Shown here: positions 30,211 through 41,287 of the stretch, piece by piece | How positions within the stretch are numbered: the stretch's first letter is position 1 | How the letters are laid out: the number at the start of each line of letters is the position of its first letter | DNA from: Gemmataceae bacterium | GTDB lineage: Bacteria; Planctomycetota; Planctomycetia; Gemmatales; Gemmataceae | Direction of reading: 5' to 3' | Length of the DNA stretch: 64,000 bases | NCBI GenBank assembly: GCA_046350235.1 | Contig: JAXMAT010000015.1 | Span: forward strand, 14,171-78,170 | Notes under the pieces: generated by a model | The model's database searches: none | Told to the model about the DNA's origin: nothing | What the model saw: the letters and a program-made list of their open reading frames with translations, nothing else | Translations under genes and position numbers: made by a program

Positions 30211-31587
30211 ATGCGTCTGTCGCCGTTCGTGCTGGCTGCGGTCGTTCTTGCGGGCAGCGTCGTGCCTGCTCGGTCCAACGAAATCTACACGCAGGTCGCT
30301 CCAGGCACAGTCCTCTTTCTCGACGAATCGGGGTGGGGCAGCGGCGTCTTGATCGACGTCAAGCAGAAGTTGGTCGTCACCGCGGAGCATGTGATCGATG
30401 CCCACCTTCGCAAGGGGAGCACGAAGGTCCATGTGATCTTTCCGCAACGCGACAAGGACAACCGCATCCTCACCAACGGGACCTATTACAAGAAACGCCG
30501 ATTGACGCTGCAGATTCCGGGAGAAATCATTTACTTTGATCGGACCAAGGACCTCGCGTTGATCCGCCTCGAACGCGTGCCCGAGGGGGCTGTCGCCATT
30601 CCGCTCGCTCAGGGCGATCCGTCGCCGGGCGACCCTGTCCACGTCATCGGCAATTCCACCCTCGCAGACGGCGGAGCCTTCGGCTATTCAACCGGCACCG
30701 TCCGCAATCAGCACTATTACGACAAGGCCGCCGTAGCGATTCTTGGCCAGGGACTCTCCGAACGCGTCTTCTATTCGCTGTCGCATCACGCGCCGAGCAA
30801 CCAGGGCGATAGCGGCGGGCCCGTCGTGGACAACGCGGGGAAGCTCGTCGGCATCATTTCCCAAGGAACCACGGGCGGCGGCGGCGAGAAGCAGCAGGTC
30901 GTCGATCACAGCGTTCATGTCCGCGAAATTCGCCGCATGCTGCAGGGCATGCAGCAACCCACGGGCAACAGCTTCGAGATCAAGGCGATGCTCGATAGCC
31001 CCGGATTCGACAGTTTCTATCTGCCGGTGAAGCGAGGCCAGCAGCTTACTTGCCAGCTCAAAGGTGCGGGCAAATCGGACCTCGATTTGTTCGTGAAGGA
31101 CCTGGAAGGCCGGCAGAAGGCGAACTTCGGCCAACGCGAGTTCCTCGACTTCAAAAATCTCGATTTGAAGACGGGGGCGACCGATCAGGAGCAGTCCGCT
31201 ATCGTCACCGGCCACACCGGCCAGGCGCTGGTGCAGGTGCAGAACGTCGATTTCAAAGCGGGCAACGAATATGTTCTCGCTGTCCGTTGGTCCGATCGCC
31301 CGGTTGCTCCATTCGCCTACTTCCGCCGGTTGGCCGCCAACGGGACGGACGAAGCGAAATTCGAGTATCAAGCCAACAAGGGTAAAGCTCGCATCACCGT
31401 ACGCGGCGACGGCGATACGGACCTCGCCGTTGAAATCCTTGACCCGCAAGGCAATGTCGTCGCCCGCGGAGCCGACAAGACCGACTATTATGAACTCGTC
31501 TTCGAGCCCAACATCAACGGCCCCTACACCGTCCGCGTTCGGAACGCCGGCAACATCTGGAACGGCTACGTGCTCTCGACGGACTGA
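30211..31587 (+). CDS. Secreted trypsin-like (S1) serine protease with C-terminal PPC-like beta domains
   Basis: ATG 30211 follows a GGAGG. Signal peptide MRLSPFVLAAVVLAGSVVPARS. 'VVTAEHV', 'DLALIRL' and 'GDSGGPVVDNAGKLVGIIS' supply the His/Asp/Ser triad context. Confidence 0.85.
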   Translation: MRLSPFVLAAVVLAGSVVPARSNEIYTQVAPGTVLFLDESGWGSGVLIDVKQKLVVTAEHVIDAHLRKGSTKVHVIFPQRDKDNRILTNGTYYKKRRLTLQIPGEIIYFDRTKDLALIRLERVPEGAVAIPLAQGDPSPGDPVHVIGNSTLADGGAFGYSTGTVRNQHYYDKAAVAILGQGLSERVFYSLSHHAPSNQGDSGGPVVDNAGKLVGIISQGTTGGGGEKQQVVDHSVHVREIRRMLQGMQQPTGNSFEIKAMLDSPGFDSFYLPVKRGQQLTCQLKGAGKSDLDLFVKDLEGRQKANFGQREFLDFKNLDLKTGATDQEQSAIVTGHTGQALVQVQNVDFKAGNEYVLAVRWSDRPVAPFAYFRRLAANGTDEAKFEYQANKGKARITVRGDGDTDLAVEILDPQGNVVARGADKTDYYELVFEPNINGPYTVRVRNAGNIWNGYVLSTD

Positions 31588-31594
31588 CCCATCG

Positions 31595-31738
31595 CTGTAG
31601 GGTGTGTCGAGCGAAGCGAGACGCACTGTTGCGTGTTGCCGGCTGACGATGTATCCAAGTTTCGGTCGTTCCACATTGGATTCTCGAATCGACGCAGCCT
31701 GGAACGGTGCGTCTCGCTCCGCTCGACACACCCTACGG
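31595..31738. repeat. REP-like inverted-repeat pair, family 5 (GTAGGGTGTGTCGAGCGAAGCGAGACGCAC)
   Basis: 32-nt arms at 31595-31626 and 31707-31738, with 2 mismatches and an 80 nt spacer. The pair lies between the protease and Hsp70 genes. Confidence 0.75.
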
Positions 31739-31750
31739 GAATCGTTTGAT

Positions 31751-33325
31751 ATGGCGTCTTCGCTCGGCAAGCTGGTCGGCATTGACCTGGGCACCACGTT
31801 CTCCGCGATCGCCACGCTCGATCAGCATGGCCAACCGGTGACGTTGCCCAATGTCGAAGGCGAACTGCTGACGCCGAGCGCAGTGCTGATTCAGGACGGC
31901 ACGGCGATCGTCGGTCAGGCGGCGCGTGATGTGTCGCTCGAACAGCCGGACCAAGTTGCCCTGTTCGTCAAGCGTTCGATGGGGCAGCCGAAACTTCCGC
32001 ATCCGGTCTCGGGTCGCGAATTTCGACCTGAGACGCTGTCGGCCATCATTCTTCGCAAGCTGCTGCAAGATGCGGAACGCCGCATCGGGCCGGTGAAACG
32101 GGCGGTCATCACGGTGCCCGCGTATTTCGACGACACGCGTCGCAAGGCGACGAAGGATGCAGGGCGCATCGCGGGGCTGGATGTACTCGACATTCTCGAT
32201 GAGCCGACCGCGGCCGCCCTCGCTTACAGCTTTCACGCCACATCGTCGGCGAGCCCAAGCGTGACGGCGGCGGAGGCGTTGCCGATCCCGGAGCAGACCG
32301 TTCTCGTCTACGATCTCGGCGGCGGCACGTTCGACGTTACGCTGGTTCGCCTTTCGCCTCGCCGTTTCGAGTCGCTTGCCATCGAGGGCGATGTGCGCCT
32401 CGGCGGCAAGGATTGGGACGACCGCATCGTCGATTTCGTCGCGGAAAAATTCATCGCCCAATACGGCGAAGACCCCCGCAAAGATCCGCTGTCGCATGTC
32501 AATCTGGTCGCCTCGGCCGAGCGTGCGAAGCGGACGCTGAGCAAGCTGATGAAGACGACCATCGTCTGCACGCATGCCGGCAAAGTGATGTCGCTGCCAA
32601 TCACCCGGCAAGATTTCGAGACGATGACGCTCGACCTTCTGACCCGCACTCGCCTCACCACGCAATCGTTGTTGCGGCAAGCCGGCATGAGCTGGGACAA
32701 AGTCGATCGCGTCCTTCTCGTCGGCGGATCGACGCACATGCCGATGACGGGGCAGATGCTGCAGGAGTTGAGCGGCAAGATCCCGGACAAATCGCTCGCT
32801 GTCAGCGAGGTCGTCGCCCGCGGAGCCGCGATCCATGCGGGAATCGTCGCCGCAAGAATGGGCGAACCGATGGAAGGCGAGGTGGCCGACGTGCTCGGCG
32901 ACATCGTCGAGATCAACGTCAATTCGCACAGCCTCGGAATCGAAGTGAAAGTCGGAGCCGACCGCAACAACGACATTCTGATCCCGAAAAACACCCAGCT
33001 GCCGACGAGCGCCGTTCGCACCTATCGCACCGCCGCTGAGAATCAGCAGCGGGTCCGCGTTAAGGTGCTGCAGGGGGAAGCGAAGCAATCGGAAGCATGC
33101 ATTCAGATTGGCGAGTGCTGGGTGCAAGGGCTGCCGCCCCAGTTGCCGAAAGGCTCGCCGATCCAGGTTAAATGCAGCGTCGCGTCCAACGGCATGATCG
33201 AAGTGACGGCGATCGACCAAACCAGCGGCAAATCCGTCCGCACGGAGATTCACCGCCAAAGCGGACTATCGGAAGAAGAACTCAAACGCGAAACCGATTG
33301 GCTTCGTTCGATCACAATTCAATGA
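31751..33325 (+). CDS. Hsp70 family ATPase, lid-less (HscC-like architecture)
   Basis: 524 aa from ATG 31751. 'VGIDLGTTFSAIA', 'DEPTAAALAY', 'VYDLGGGTFDVTLV' and 'VLLVGGSTHMP'. A beta-sandwich substrate domain is present, but the protein ends without the helical lid. The track's start at 31604 runs through the REP element. Confidence 0.9.
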   Translation: MASSLGKLVGIDLGTTFSAIATLDQHGQPVTLPNVEGELLTPSAVLIQDGTAIVGQAARDVSLEQPDQVALFVKRSMGQPKLPHPVSGREFRPETLSAIILRKLLQDAERRIGPVKRAVITVPAYFDDTRRKATKDAGRIAGLDVLDILDEPTAAALAYSFHATSSASPSVTAAEALPIPEQTVLVYDLGGGTFDVTLVRLSPRRFESLAIEGDVRLGGKDWDDRIVDFVAEKFIAQYGEDPRKDPLSHVNLVASAERAKRTLSKLMKTTIVCTHAGKVMSLPITRQDFETMTLDLLTRTRLTTQSLLRQAGMSWDKVDRVLLVGGSTHMPMTGQMLQELSGKIPDKSLAVSEVVARGAAIHAGIVAARMGEPMEGEVADVLGDIVEINVNSHSLGIEVKVGADRNNDILIPKNTQLPTSAVRTYRTAAENQQRVRVKVLQGEAKQSEACIQIGECWVQGLPPQLPKGSPIQVKCSVASNGMIEVTAIDQTSGKSVRTEIHRQSGLSEEELKRETDWLRSITIQ

Positions 33326-33358
33326 GTCGCGGTAAGCCAATCCTGGGCCACGCGTCGT

Positions 33359-33571
33359 TCAAAATTCGCGGAAGCAACTTCGTTTTTCGTCGCGACACGG
33401 ATCAATTGCCGCTTCGCCGCCGTCGGGGCCGATATTGCGAAATGTCTGGGTGCACCAGAACTCGACCATGCCCGCCTGAAACTCCGGATCATTCTCGAAG
33501 TCTTCGCCGTAAACCTGCATCGACTTGCAGCAAAGGAACATGCAACGGGGGCGGTAGGCGTTGTCCGACAT
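33359..33571 (-). CDS. Small Cys-rich hypothetical protein
   Basis: 70 aa from ATG 33571: MSDNAYRPRCMFLCCKSMQVYGEDFENDPEFQAGMVEFWCTQTFRNIGPDGGEAAIDPCRDEKRSCFREF. Convergent with the Hsp70 gene. Confidence 0.45.
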   Translation of the reverse strand: MSDNAYRPRCMFLCCKSMQVYGEDFENDPEFQAGMVEFWCTQTFRNIGPDGGEAAIDPCRDEKRSCFREF

Positions 33572-33790
33572 GGCGTGTCCTCCGAAAGATGCGCCCAGCT
33601 TCCTGCCCGAGCCCGTCAAAGTCAAGCGGTCGCGCGGATTGCAACGGGTCTGCGGACGACGATTGGCGCGAAGGTTGCGCCATGCATGCGAGTCGAATCA
33701 AGACGCGATCTGCGATTCGCTCAAGTTTCGGACGACGATCGCTTCACGTTTCGCATGGACCGGGCATGATTGCGGGTGGAGCAAACCGCA

Positions 33791-34126
33791 ATGACGAACG
33801 ATGCGAAGCTGGGTCTGGTAGTGGGCATGAGCCTAGTGCTCGTGATCGCGCTGGTCTTCTTCCGCAAGGAAGGGACGGTCCAGGCCAAACCGGATACGTC
33901 CGCTCCAGTCGCACCGCCGCCGAAAACATCGCCGCCCCCGTCGCCTGATACCGCGACCACGCTTCCGCCCGCTGCGGCGCCTCCGCCTCCAGTCACCCCG
34001 TCGCCCGTCACCCCTCCGCCGCCCGTGGAGGCTCCGCCGTCCGCGGTGCCGATGCTGCCGCCTCCTCCGACGGGCGAGGAACCCGCCGGCAACCATGGAA
34101 TGGAAGCATTGATAGACGGCCTTTAA
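33791..34126 (+). CDS. Membrane-anchored Pro-rich protein
   Basis: MTNDAKLGLVVGMSLVLVIALVFF (TM helix), then about 70 aa of P/A/T/S-rich sequence. Confidence 0.45.
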   Translation: MTNDAKLGLVVGMSLVLVIALVFFRKEGTVQAKPDTSAPVAPPPKTSPPPSPDTATTLPPAAAPPPPVTPSPVTPPPPVEAPPSAVPMLPPPPTGEEPAGNHGMEALIDGL

Positions 34127-34325
34127 CCGTCACCCTGATCGTCTGAATCCGAAATGTGAACAGATTTGTCCGACTTCAACTTCTATGGAAGTCTGCCGTA
34201 CTGATTAGGAATCGCTCGCGTTTCATTGAGGTAGGGCTGTTCATCGAAGCGAGTCAGCGTAGAAGCAACCCCCGAAAGTCTTAACGGGCACGGAACGTCG
34301 AATCGTTGACTGGGCGCGTTAACGT

Positions 34326-34714
34326 GCGAAGCAGGACTTGGCGACCAAACTCGCGACCACGATCCGCGTGGTGCCGTGTCCGGCTTGCGGATATTTCCAG
34401 CAACACATGTTCGAGTTGGCGAGACAGTGCAGGGGGCTTTTGGATCAACGCGCTCACGTTTCTCCTGGGCGCCGGCGGAATGGTCGCCCTGATCTTCTCG
34501 CTGGTGCATACGCGAGATATTCTCAAGGCAACATCCAACCCGCTGGCATTGGCTGCTCGGCTTGGGCATCGCCTCGCTGGCGCTATGCGTCGCGGCCGCA
34601 TGCGTATCGAATGCAAAAGGCGGTGCCCCGCGTATCGTTGGTCTGCGGAAAGAGAGGATCGGTGCCGATCGCCAACGGAAAGCCTTTGCGGCTTTCGTCG
34701 AGGCGATTCGATAG
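34326..34714 (+). pseudogene. Degenerate copy B of the small zinc-ribbon, two-TM protein (5'-truncated, 2 frameshifts)
   Basis: A TAA lies immediately upstream of 'RAKQDLATKLATTIRVVPCPACGYFQQHMFELARQ' (frame 2). The sequence continues as 'FWINALTFLLGAGGMVALIFSLVHTRDILKATSNPLA' (frame 1) and 'WLLGLGIASLALCVAAACVSNAKGG...AFVEAIR*' (frame 3). Paralogous to 13396-13728. Confidence 0.45.
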
Positions 34715-34778
34715 AAGTCGCTCGCGGAACCGAGGGCTCGATCGAAGATCCATGGACGTCAGCCGGAGAATCCGCGGT

Positions 34779-35330
34779 TCAGCTCACGCGATTCGATGCG
34801 GCATGCTCCACCCAACGCAAACCGTCTGCCGCGTCAAGCCCTGGCCCGTGGAACATGCCGCATAGAACCTTAACGTTCACCTTTGACCCACAGTGCTTTT
34901 CTCGAAGTTCGGTAGCTTGCCTTCCCCAGAGAATGTCAAGAGCGACGTGCGTATCGACCAGTTCATCCGCCGGTACGCCGAGGACTGGGACAGCCCGGCC
35001 GAAAATGCACGCCTAACATCGACGCATGCACGCTCGGTTCGATCAAAAAGTACTTGCTGTAAGGCCCCGACGCAACGGCTGCGGGATACCGCCTCACGCG
35101 GCTAGGTTCCGAGGGGTCGTAACCCGTATCTCGTCGCTGGTCAAACTGCACACCAGTTCGAGGGTGCCGCTTGGCACAGTTTGCTCTCGGGCATGCGAGG
35201 GCGAATTCGAGCAATACCAGAATCGCTCGATGTATTCGTTCAGCGGCGGGCGAGGGGATAGGTTCGCAAGAACATAGCGGATGTACTCCGTGCTGGTCGC
35301 TGGGTTGGGCTTGATGCACCATCTGCCTGC
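34779..35330 (-). pseudogene. Remnant of an AraC-family regulator N-terminal (DUF6597-like) region
   Basis: Three frames carry consecutive pieces: 'YIRYVLANLSPRPPLNEYIERFWYCSNSPSHAREQTVPSGTLELVCSLTSDEIRV', 'GPYSKYFLIEPSVHASMLGVHFRPG' and 'AVPVLGVPADELVDTHVALDILWGRQATELREK'. No HTH domain follows. Confidence 0.5.
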
Positions 35331-35862
35331 TGCGACTAGCCGGTCAGAGCCACACCACCTGTTTAGAGGGATGGTGCTCGCCAGGCCCTGGCTGCATGAT
35401 CGACAACATCGGCCGCGGTCGTCATGCGATGTGCGGGAAATCAGAAACACGGCGAATGAGCGGCAGCCACGCCGCCAAAGTTTTTTCATTGTACTTTCTT
35501 CGCGAAAGATTAAGATTTCGTGATCAAAATTAAGGCTGATGCGTAGCCCTGAATCATCGCTTTCGAGATGGCACCGCCAACGGCAAGTCGAGGCGACGCG
35601 GAAAAGAGCTTGGTTTCGCCGGCAAAACATTTTGGAGTGTTTCTTGAATACCTTCTTGAGAATGCTCCGCCGGTGGCTGAAGCCTGTCAAACGCCCAGTT
35701 CGCTCCGCCCTCCAACCACCCCGCTTCATGCCGGGCCTGCTTGCCGAGCGGTTGGAGGATCGAGTGGTCCTGGCCGCCTCGATTCTCGACTACTCGTTCG
35801 GCTCCACCGGCCAGGTGTGAACCGCGTTCGGATCCGGAATCGAAGGCCGAGCCAACGACGTC

Positions 35863-37626
35863 GTGACCTTGCCCGACGACAAAATCATCGTGGTCGGCTC
35901 AATGCACAACGGCGCGGACCGCGACTTCGCCGTCGCCAAGTACCACCGCGATGGCTCCCTTGACACCAGCTTCGGCATCGGCGGAAAAGTTGTCGTCCCG
36001 ATCGCGGGTGACGCGGAAGCGCGCGGGGTCGCGGTCACGCCGACTGGGAACATCGTGGTGGCCGGCGCCGCGACACTCGACGGCAACCGCGACATGGTCG
36101 TTGTCCAACTGACCGCGTCCGGCGCGCTCGACACCAGCTTCAACGGCAACGGCATCCAATCCTACTACAGTTCCAGCGACGAGTTCGGCAATGCCGTGGC
36201 CATCCGACCCGATGGCCGGATCGTCATCGCCGGGGCGTTGGAGAGCCCCAACGGTTACCTGTTCGCCCTCTGGTACTACCGGGCGGACGGGTACTACGAC
36301 ACCGCCGGCCCAACAGGCTTCGTGACCGCGACTTCGCTCGGTACCTCAGCCGACATCGCTCACGACGTGTTCATCCAGGCGGACGGCAAGATCGTCGTCG
36401 CAGGCACTTCCGGTTCCTGGGCCGCGGCGGATTTCGCCGTGGTGCGTTACAACGCCGACAACACGCTCGACACGTCCTTCGGCGCCGGCGGCATTCGGCG
36501 CATCGACTTCGCGGGGGGCGCCGACCAGGCATTTGCCATCGCGGGCGACCGCCTTGGCGGCTACGTCGTCGCCGGTGAGGTTACGGTCGGCGGCGCCACG
36601 CAAATCGGGCTGGCGCGTCTGACGAGCAGCGGCGCCATGTCTCAGTCGTTCGACCTAGACGGCAAAGTGGCCGCCCAAATGCCGGGAGCGTTGTCGAGCC
36701 GAGCTTCGGACGTGTTTGTCCTGCCCGATGACCGCGTCATGGTGGTTGGCCGCGCGATGTCGGGCAGCTATTCCGAGTTCGCGGTCGCACGATTCCTAAA
36801 GGACGGCCAGCTCGATCCGACCTTCGCCGCAGGTGGTACGGCGACCGTCTGGCCGGGAGGCCCTGAGGATTCGGCCTCGGCCGTTGCGATTCAGTCCAAT
36901 CACGCGATCGTGGTGGCCGGCGCGGGCGGGTCCGGGAACAGCACCTTCGTAGTGGCCCGTCTGCATCAGACGAATATGGCCGCCGGCGAGCAGGACTATA
37001 CGTTCGGCGCGCAGGGCATCGTGCGGACCAACTGGTCGATCGCCGCGCCGGATAACGAAGCGGCCCGGGCGGTGGACGCACGGAACGGCAAGATTGTGGC
37101 GGTTGGGGAAACTTACCGGGACGGCCGCTACCAGGCATCCATCGCTCGCTACCTGCCGTCCGGAGCGCTGGACACCAGCTTCAGCCAGGACGGGCTGCTA
37201 ATCCACGACCTGGGCGCAGCCTTCGCCACAAACAGCGGTGCCCTCGCCGTCGTCATCCAGCCCGACGACAAGATCCTGGTCGGCGGCTACTACGAGCGGC
37301 CGGAGAACGGAAAGCGGGCGTTCGTCGTATGGCGGTATAGCTCCGACGGCTCTCTGGACGAATCATTCGGTTTCGGCGGGCTGACTTACGTCTGGTCGGC
37401 AGGCTGGGTGAACGCACTCCACCTATATGCTGACGGCCGCATTCTCGCGGTCGGAGCCGCGGAGGTGAACGGAGCGAACGAGTTCGCCGTCGCGCGCTTG
37501 CTCGCCAACGGACGGCTCGACACGACCTTCGATGGCGACGGCATGCAGACCGTCAATTTCTACGCCAGGACAGTATTTCTCGAACCGCGAGTCGGCAGTC
37601 GCCAATGCCGTGGCCGTTCAGCCTGA
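35863..37626 (+). CDS. Fragment of the giant locus: delta-60 repeat block
   Basis: 587 aa ORF with repeated 'G.LDTSFG.GG', 'DGKIVVAG' and 'FAVARY' periodicity. The last ~20 aa are out of frame. Confidence 0.7.
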   Translation: MTLPDDKIIVVGSMHNGADRDFAVAKYHRDGSLDTSFGIGGKVVVPIAGDAEARGVAVTPTGNIVVAGAATLDGNRDMVVVQLTASGALDTSFNGNGIQSYYSSSDEFGNAVAIRPDGRIVIAGALESPNGYLFALWYYRADGYYDTAGPTGFVTATSLGTSADIAHDVFIQADGKIVVAGTSGSWAAADFAVVRYNADNTLDTSFGAGGIRRIDFAGGADQAFAIAGDRLGGYVVAGEVTVGGATQIGLARLTSSGAMSQSFDLDGKVAAQMPGALSSRASDVFVLPDDRVMVVGRAMSGSYSEFAVARFLKDGQLDPTFAAGGTATVWPGGPEDSASAVAIQSNHAIVVAGAGGSGNSTFVVARLHQTNMAAGEQDYTFGAQGIVRTNWSIAAPDNEAARAVDARNGKIVAVGETYRDGRYQASIARYLPSGALDTSFSQDGLLIHDLGAAFATNSGALAVVIQPDDKILVGGYYERPENGKRAFVVWRYSSDGSLDESFGFGGLTYVWSAGWVNALHLYADGRILAVGAAEVNGANEFAVARLLANGRLDTTFDGDGMQTVNFYARTVFLEPRVGSRQCRGRSA

Positions 37627-39362
37627 CGCGCGAAGTGATCATTCTGGTCGGCGACACATACGGGCTGGCTACGATTGGTGGTCACAGTACTTGGGGACCT
37701 GACAGCCTCTCCGATTAAGGGAAACCGCTGGGGCATCGTTCGCTTGACCGCAACGGGCGGGCATTGATCTTTTCCTTCAGCGGAGATGGCAAGATTGTCG
37801 AAGAAGAAGTTGGTGCTGGTCCTATGGGACAGCACCTCCTGCCGTTGGTGTGATGTCGGATGGGATCATCGCTGTTGCGGATCGTACTCCTACGGTTCCC
37901 TCGAATTCTTCGACCAATGGGGGAACTTCGCTCATGGCAGCAATCTCAGTGCATGGGACAACACCCGTCGTGAGAATCTAACGGCCTATTGCACATTTCG
38001 TCGCTGAAGGTGCTGAGCGGCGTGATCGAATCGTCGTTGCTGGATTTCTATGAAAGCTACCGGGAGAACGGCGAGTGGATGCTAGCCGGCAAATACCAAG
38101 TCGTGACCTTTGATTATGCCCTCCTTTCGCTACATTTCGGTGGGTGTCGCCGACTACGCCTACGGCCGCGACGGAGCCTTCGCGGCGGACGCAGGACGAT
38201 GGCTCAATCGTACTCGCCGGTTGCGTCTACGTTCCGGCCAGCAACGGATACGACTGGGGCTTGCATCGCTTTTGCCGGGCGGCTACCGGACCCAGGCCGG
38301 CACGTCTGGCTGGGTGCGAACGTCTTTCGGCGTGACGCTTGTCCCCACGACGAACACGGCCACCGCCGCAGCCCAACAAGCTGACGGCAAGTTCCTGGTC
38401 GGCGGGACGGTGGTGAACGTTCAAAACGACGACTTTGCCATCGCCCGTTATTTGCCTGATAACGGAACTTTCGACGACACGTTCATCAACTTCGGCAGCA
38501 CGCTGGTCGATTTCGGAGACGTCGATCGCCTGACGAGCATCGCCGTTGATCCGAACGGGCGGATCGCGTCGCGGGACCAGCGGAACGAAATTCGCCGCCG
38601 CGGGTCTGCCGGCCGGCGGCGCCTCGACACCACCTTTTCCGGCGATGGCCTGTTCACGTACGATTTCGGCGGCCAGACGCCGTCGCGCGGAGCGTGACGT
38701 TCCAGGCGGACGGCAAGATCGTTGCCGCTCGGCGAAGTCCTTGAACTTACCACCGACTTCGCCATGATCCGCTCATCGCCGCCGGCGCGTTGGACGAAGG
38801 CTTCGAAGCGGCGGCGTCGTACGGCAGGACGTCTACGGCGGCGCGGACGTCGCTTATAAGGTCCTCGTCGATAGCCAGAGCCGAGTTCTGCTCCAGCGCG
38901 AGAAACGGCGTCGACGCCCAGTTCGCTGTCGCCCGCTTCCGCACCAACGGCACCCTCGACACTTCGTACGCTCAACGGCTTCCGCGTCCTCGATGTCGGC
39001 ACCGGCGAGTCGCGCATCTTGAGTAGTCATCGACGCGTCGGACAATGCGATCGCCGCTGGCTGGGCGGTGGACGGCGGATCGTCAAGACGGCAGTCGTCC
39101 GCCTGTGGTTCAACGCCGCGGTGGACACGTCGTTCGGCACCGGCGGCGAGATGGTCCGCGACATGATTGGATTCAACGGATCCACCATGGCTCTCGGGGT
39201 CGCACTCCAACTGACGGCAAGATCGTTCTGGCCGGGCGAGCCAGCACTGGCCCTTCGTCGCCCGACTGAACACCAACGGTTCGCCCGACGGAACATCTCC
39301 TCTTCAACGCGAACGGCGCTAACCGCCTGCTCGTCGGCAACGGCGCGGAGCAGGCAGTCGAT

Positions 39363-40880
39363 GTGATGCTGCAGTCCGATGGCCGAATCGTCGTCGCGGG
39401 GACCACGGACTATCTCACCACCGACAATGACGCCAACGACTTCTTCCTGGTCCGCGTCTTCGGCGGCGGGCCGCCGACCATGACCGTGAGCACCGGCGGC
39501 GGCACGCAAGGCTCGCCCGTCACGTTCGTAATGAACACCGTCAGCCCGGTCGCGAATAACACATCCTTCACCTACCGCTTCGACTGGAACGGCGACGGCG
39601 TCGTGGACCAAACCGACGCCGGCAAGTCGGCGAATTACTCCGTCACGCACACGTTCAACGGGCCGCAGCAGAACCTTGTCCGGATCACGGTGACGGATGC
39701 CAACGGGCTGAGTTACACGGTCACGCGAACCGTGCGAGTCAACTATCGACCGGTGGCCGTCCCGGCGACACGTCAGACGGCAACTGGTGCCGTGATGAGC
39801 CATGTCCTCGGCGCGGACGACCGCAATCCGGAAGTCGTCCAAGGGTTCACGTATGCGATCGTCACCGGTCCATCGCATGGCGCCGTTCGGATCGAGAACG
39901 GTTGGGCGTACTACACGCCCAACCCGGGTTACAAGGGAACAGACCAATTCACCTACACCGCCACCGACGACGCTTCGGCCGGCGGCTCGGCCCTCACCAG
40001 CGAACCGGCGACCATCAGCATCACCGTCCAGAACGCGACTCCACAGCCGAGAATCCGGGACACTCCATACCAGGTGGCTGAAGGCGAGCCGATCACGATA
40101 CGCGGGGAGTTTACCGACGCGAACCCGGAGGACACGCACCCCTGGATGCGGTGGACGCTCCGCGGGTCCGGGGTGATCCTCGCGGTCGGAAGCGGAGCGT
40201 CGTTCACGTTCACTCCGCCGGGCCGCGGAACGTATTCAGTCCGCTTCGAGGTGGCCGACAGCGAAGGTGCGGTCGGATCCGACGAGCGTGGTTTTGAGGT
40301 GCTCAACGTTGCCCCGATCGCGGCAATTGCAGGTCCGGTGCGCGGCGTTGTCGGCCAGCCGCTGACCTTTCACCTCTCCGCAACGGACGTCAACCCACAA
40401 GACCAACGAGGAGAATTTGAGTACGACCTATTCGACGGGAACGGTGCGGAAAGTGTCCGCGGGTTCGACCGACTAAGCATCACTCGGACGTTTGCGACGC
40501 CGGGCACCTACACCATCCGCATGTGGGCTCGCAATAAGGATACCTACCAGGAAAGTCCGGAGGCGACGCACACCGTGGTGGTCGAGCCGACGGTCGCATC
40601 CACTGCCCCTGTCGGCTCCGCGGTGCAGGTGAACGACATCGGACTGAGCCAGTTCTCCCCGGAGATGGCCATTGCGCGCCACACCGACGGGTCGTACGTC
40701 GTCGTCTGGGAGCGGCGGCAGGACCACCAGAGCCGGGACGACGTGTTCGCCCGGCGGTTCAGTGCGACGGGCGCGCCACTCGGGCCGGCGTTCCTCGTCC
40801 ACGCGGCCAGCGGGCACGACCAGTACGACCCCCGGATCGCGATGGACGCGGCCGGGAACTTCGTGGTGATCTGGTCGCAC
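39363..40880 (+). CDS. Fragment of the giant locus: PKD-like and Ig-like (VCBS/cadherin-type) domains
   Basis: 'FTYRFDWNGDGVVDQ..VTHTFNGPQQNLVRITVTDANG' is PKD-like. 'GFTYAIVTGPSHGAVRIENGWAYYTPNPGYKGTDQFTYTATDD' is Ig-like. After ~40880 the ORF (track end 41432) degenerates into Arg/Pro-rich nonsense. Confidence 0.65.
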
Positions 40881-41287
40881 ACCTTCGTCTACGACGAGGG
40901 GGCGCATCGTTCGCCCCGCGGCTGCACGCCCGGCGGTTCGCCGCCGACGGGACGCCGCAGGCGACGAGTTCCTCGTCGCGGACCAGTACCTGGTGGACTC
41001 CGTGGGGAGGACGCAGCGGGTAACTTCGTCGTCGCCTGGGTGGGAGCCAGCCCGTACGCCGACATCCGCGCAGCGGCTCGATGGCGCGCCGCAGGGCGAT
41101 TTGATCCGCGCCCCCGGGCAGTGGGATTTGAGTCGGGAGCACCCGCTCGTCCCATGCCCCGCCGGGGACTTCGTCCTGACTTGGCAAGACAACGAAAGCC
41201 CGCAGGATGCCCAGCGATACGACGCGGCCGGCAACCCGGTGGGGAGCCGCCTCGACCTCGGGTACTTGATCGACCGGCCGGCCGCGG

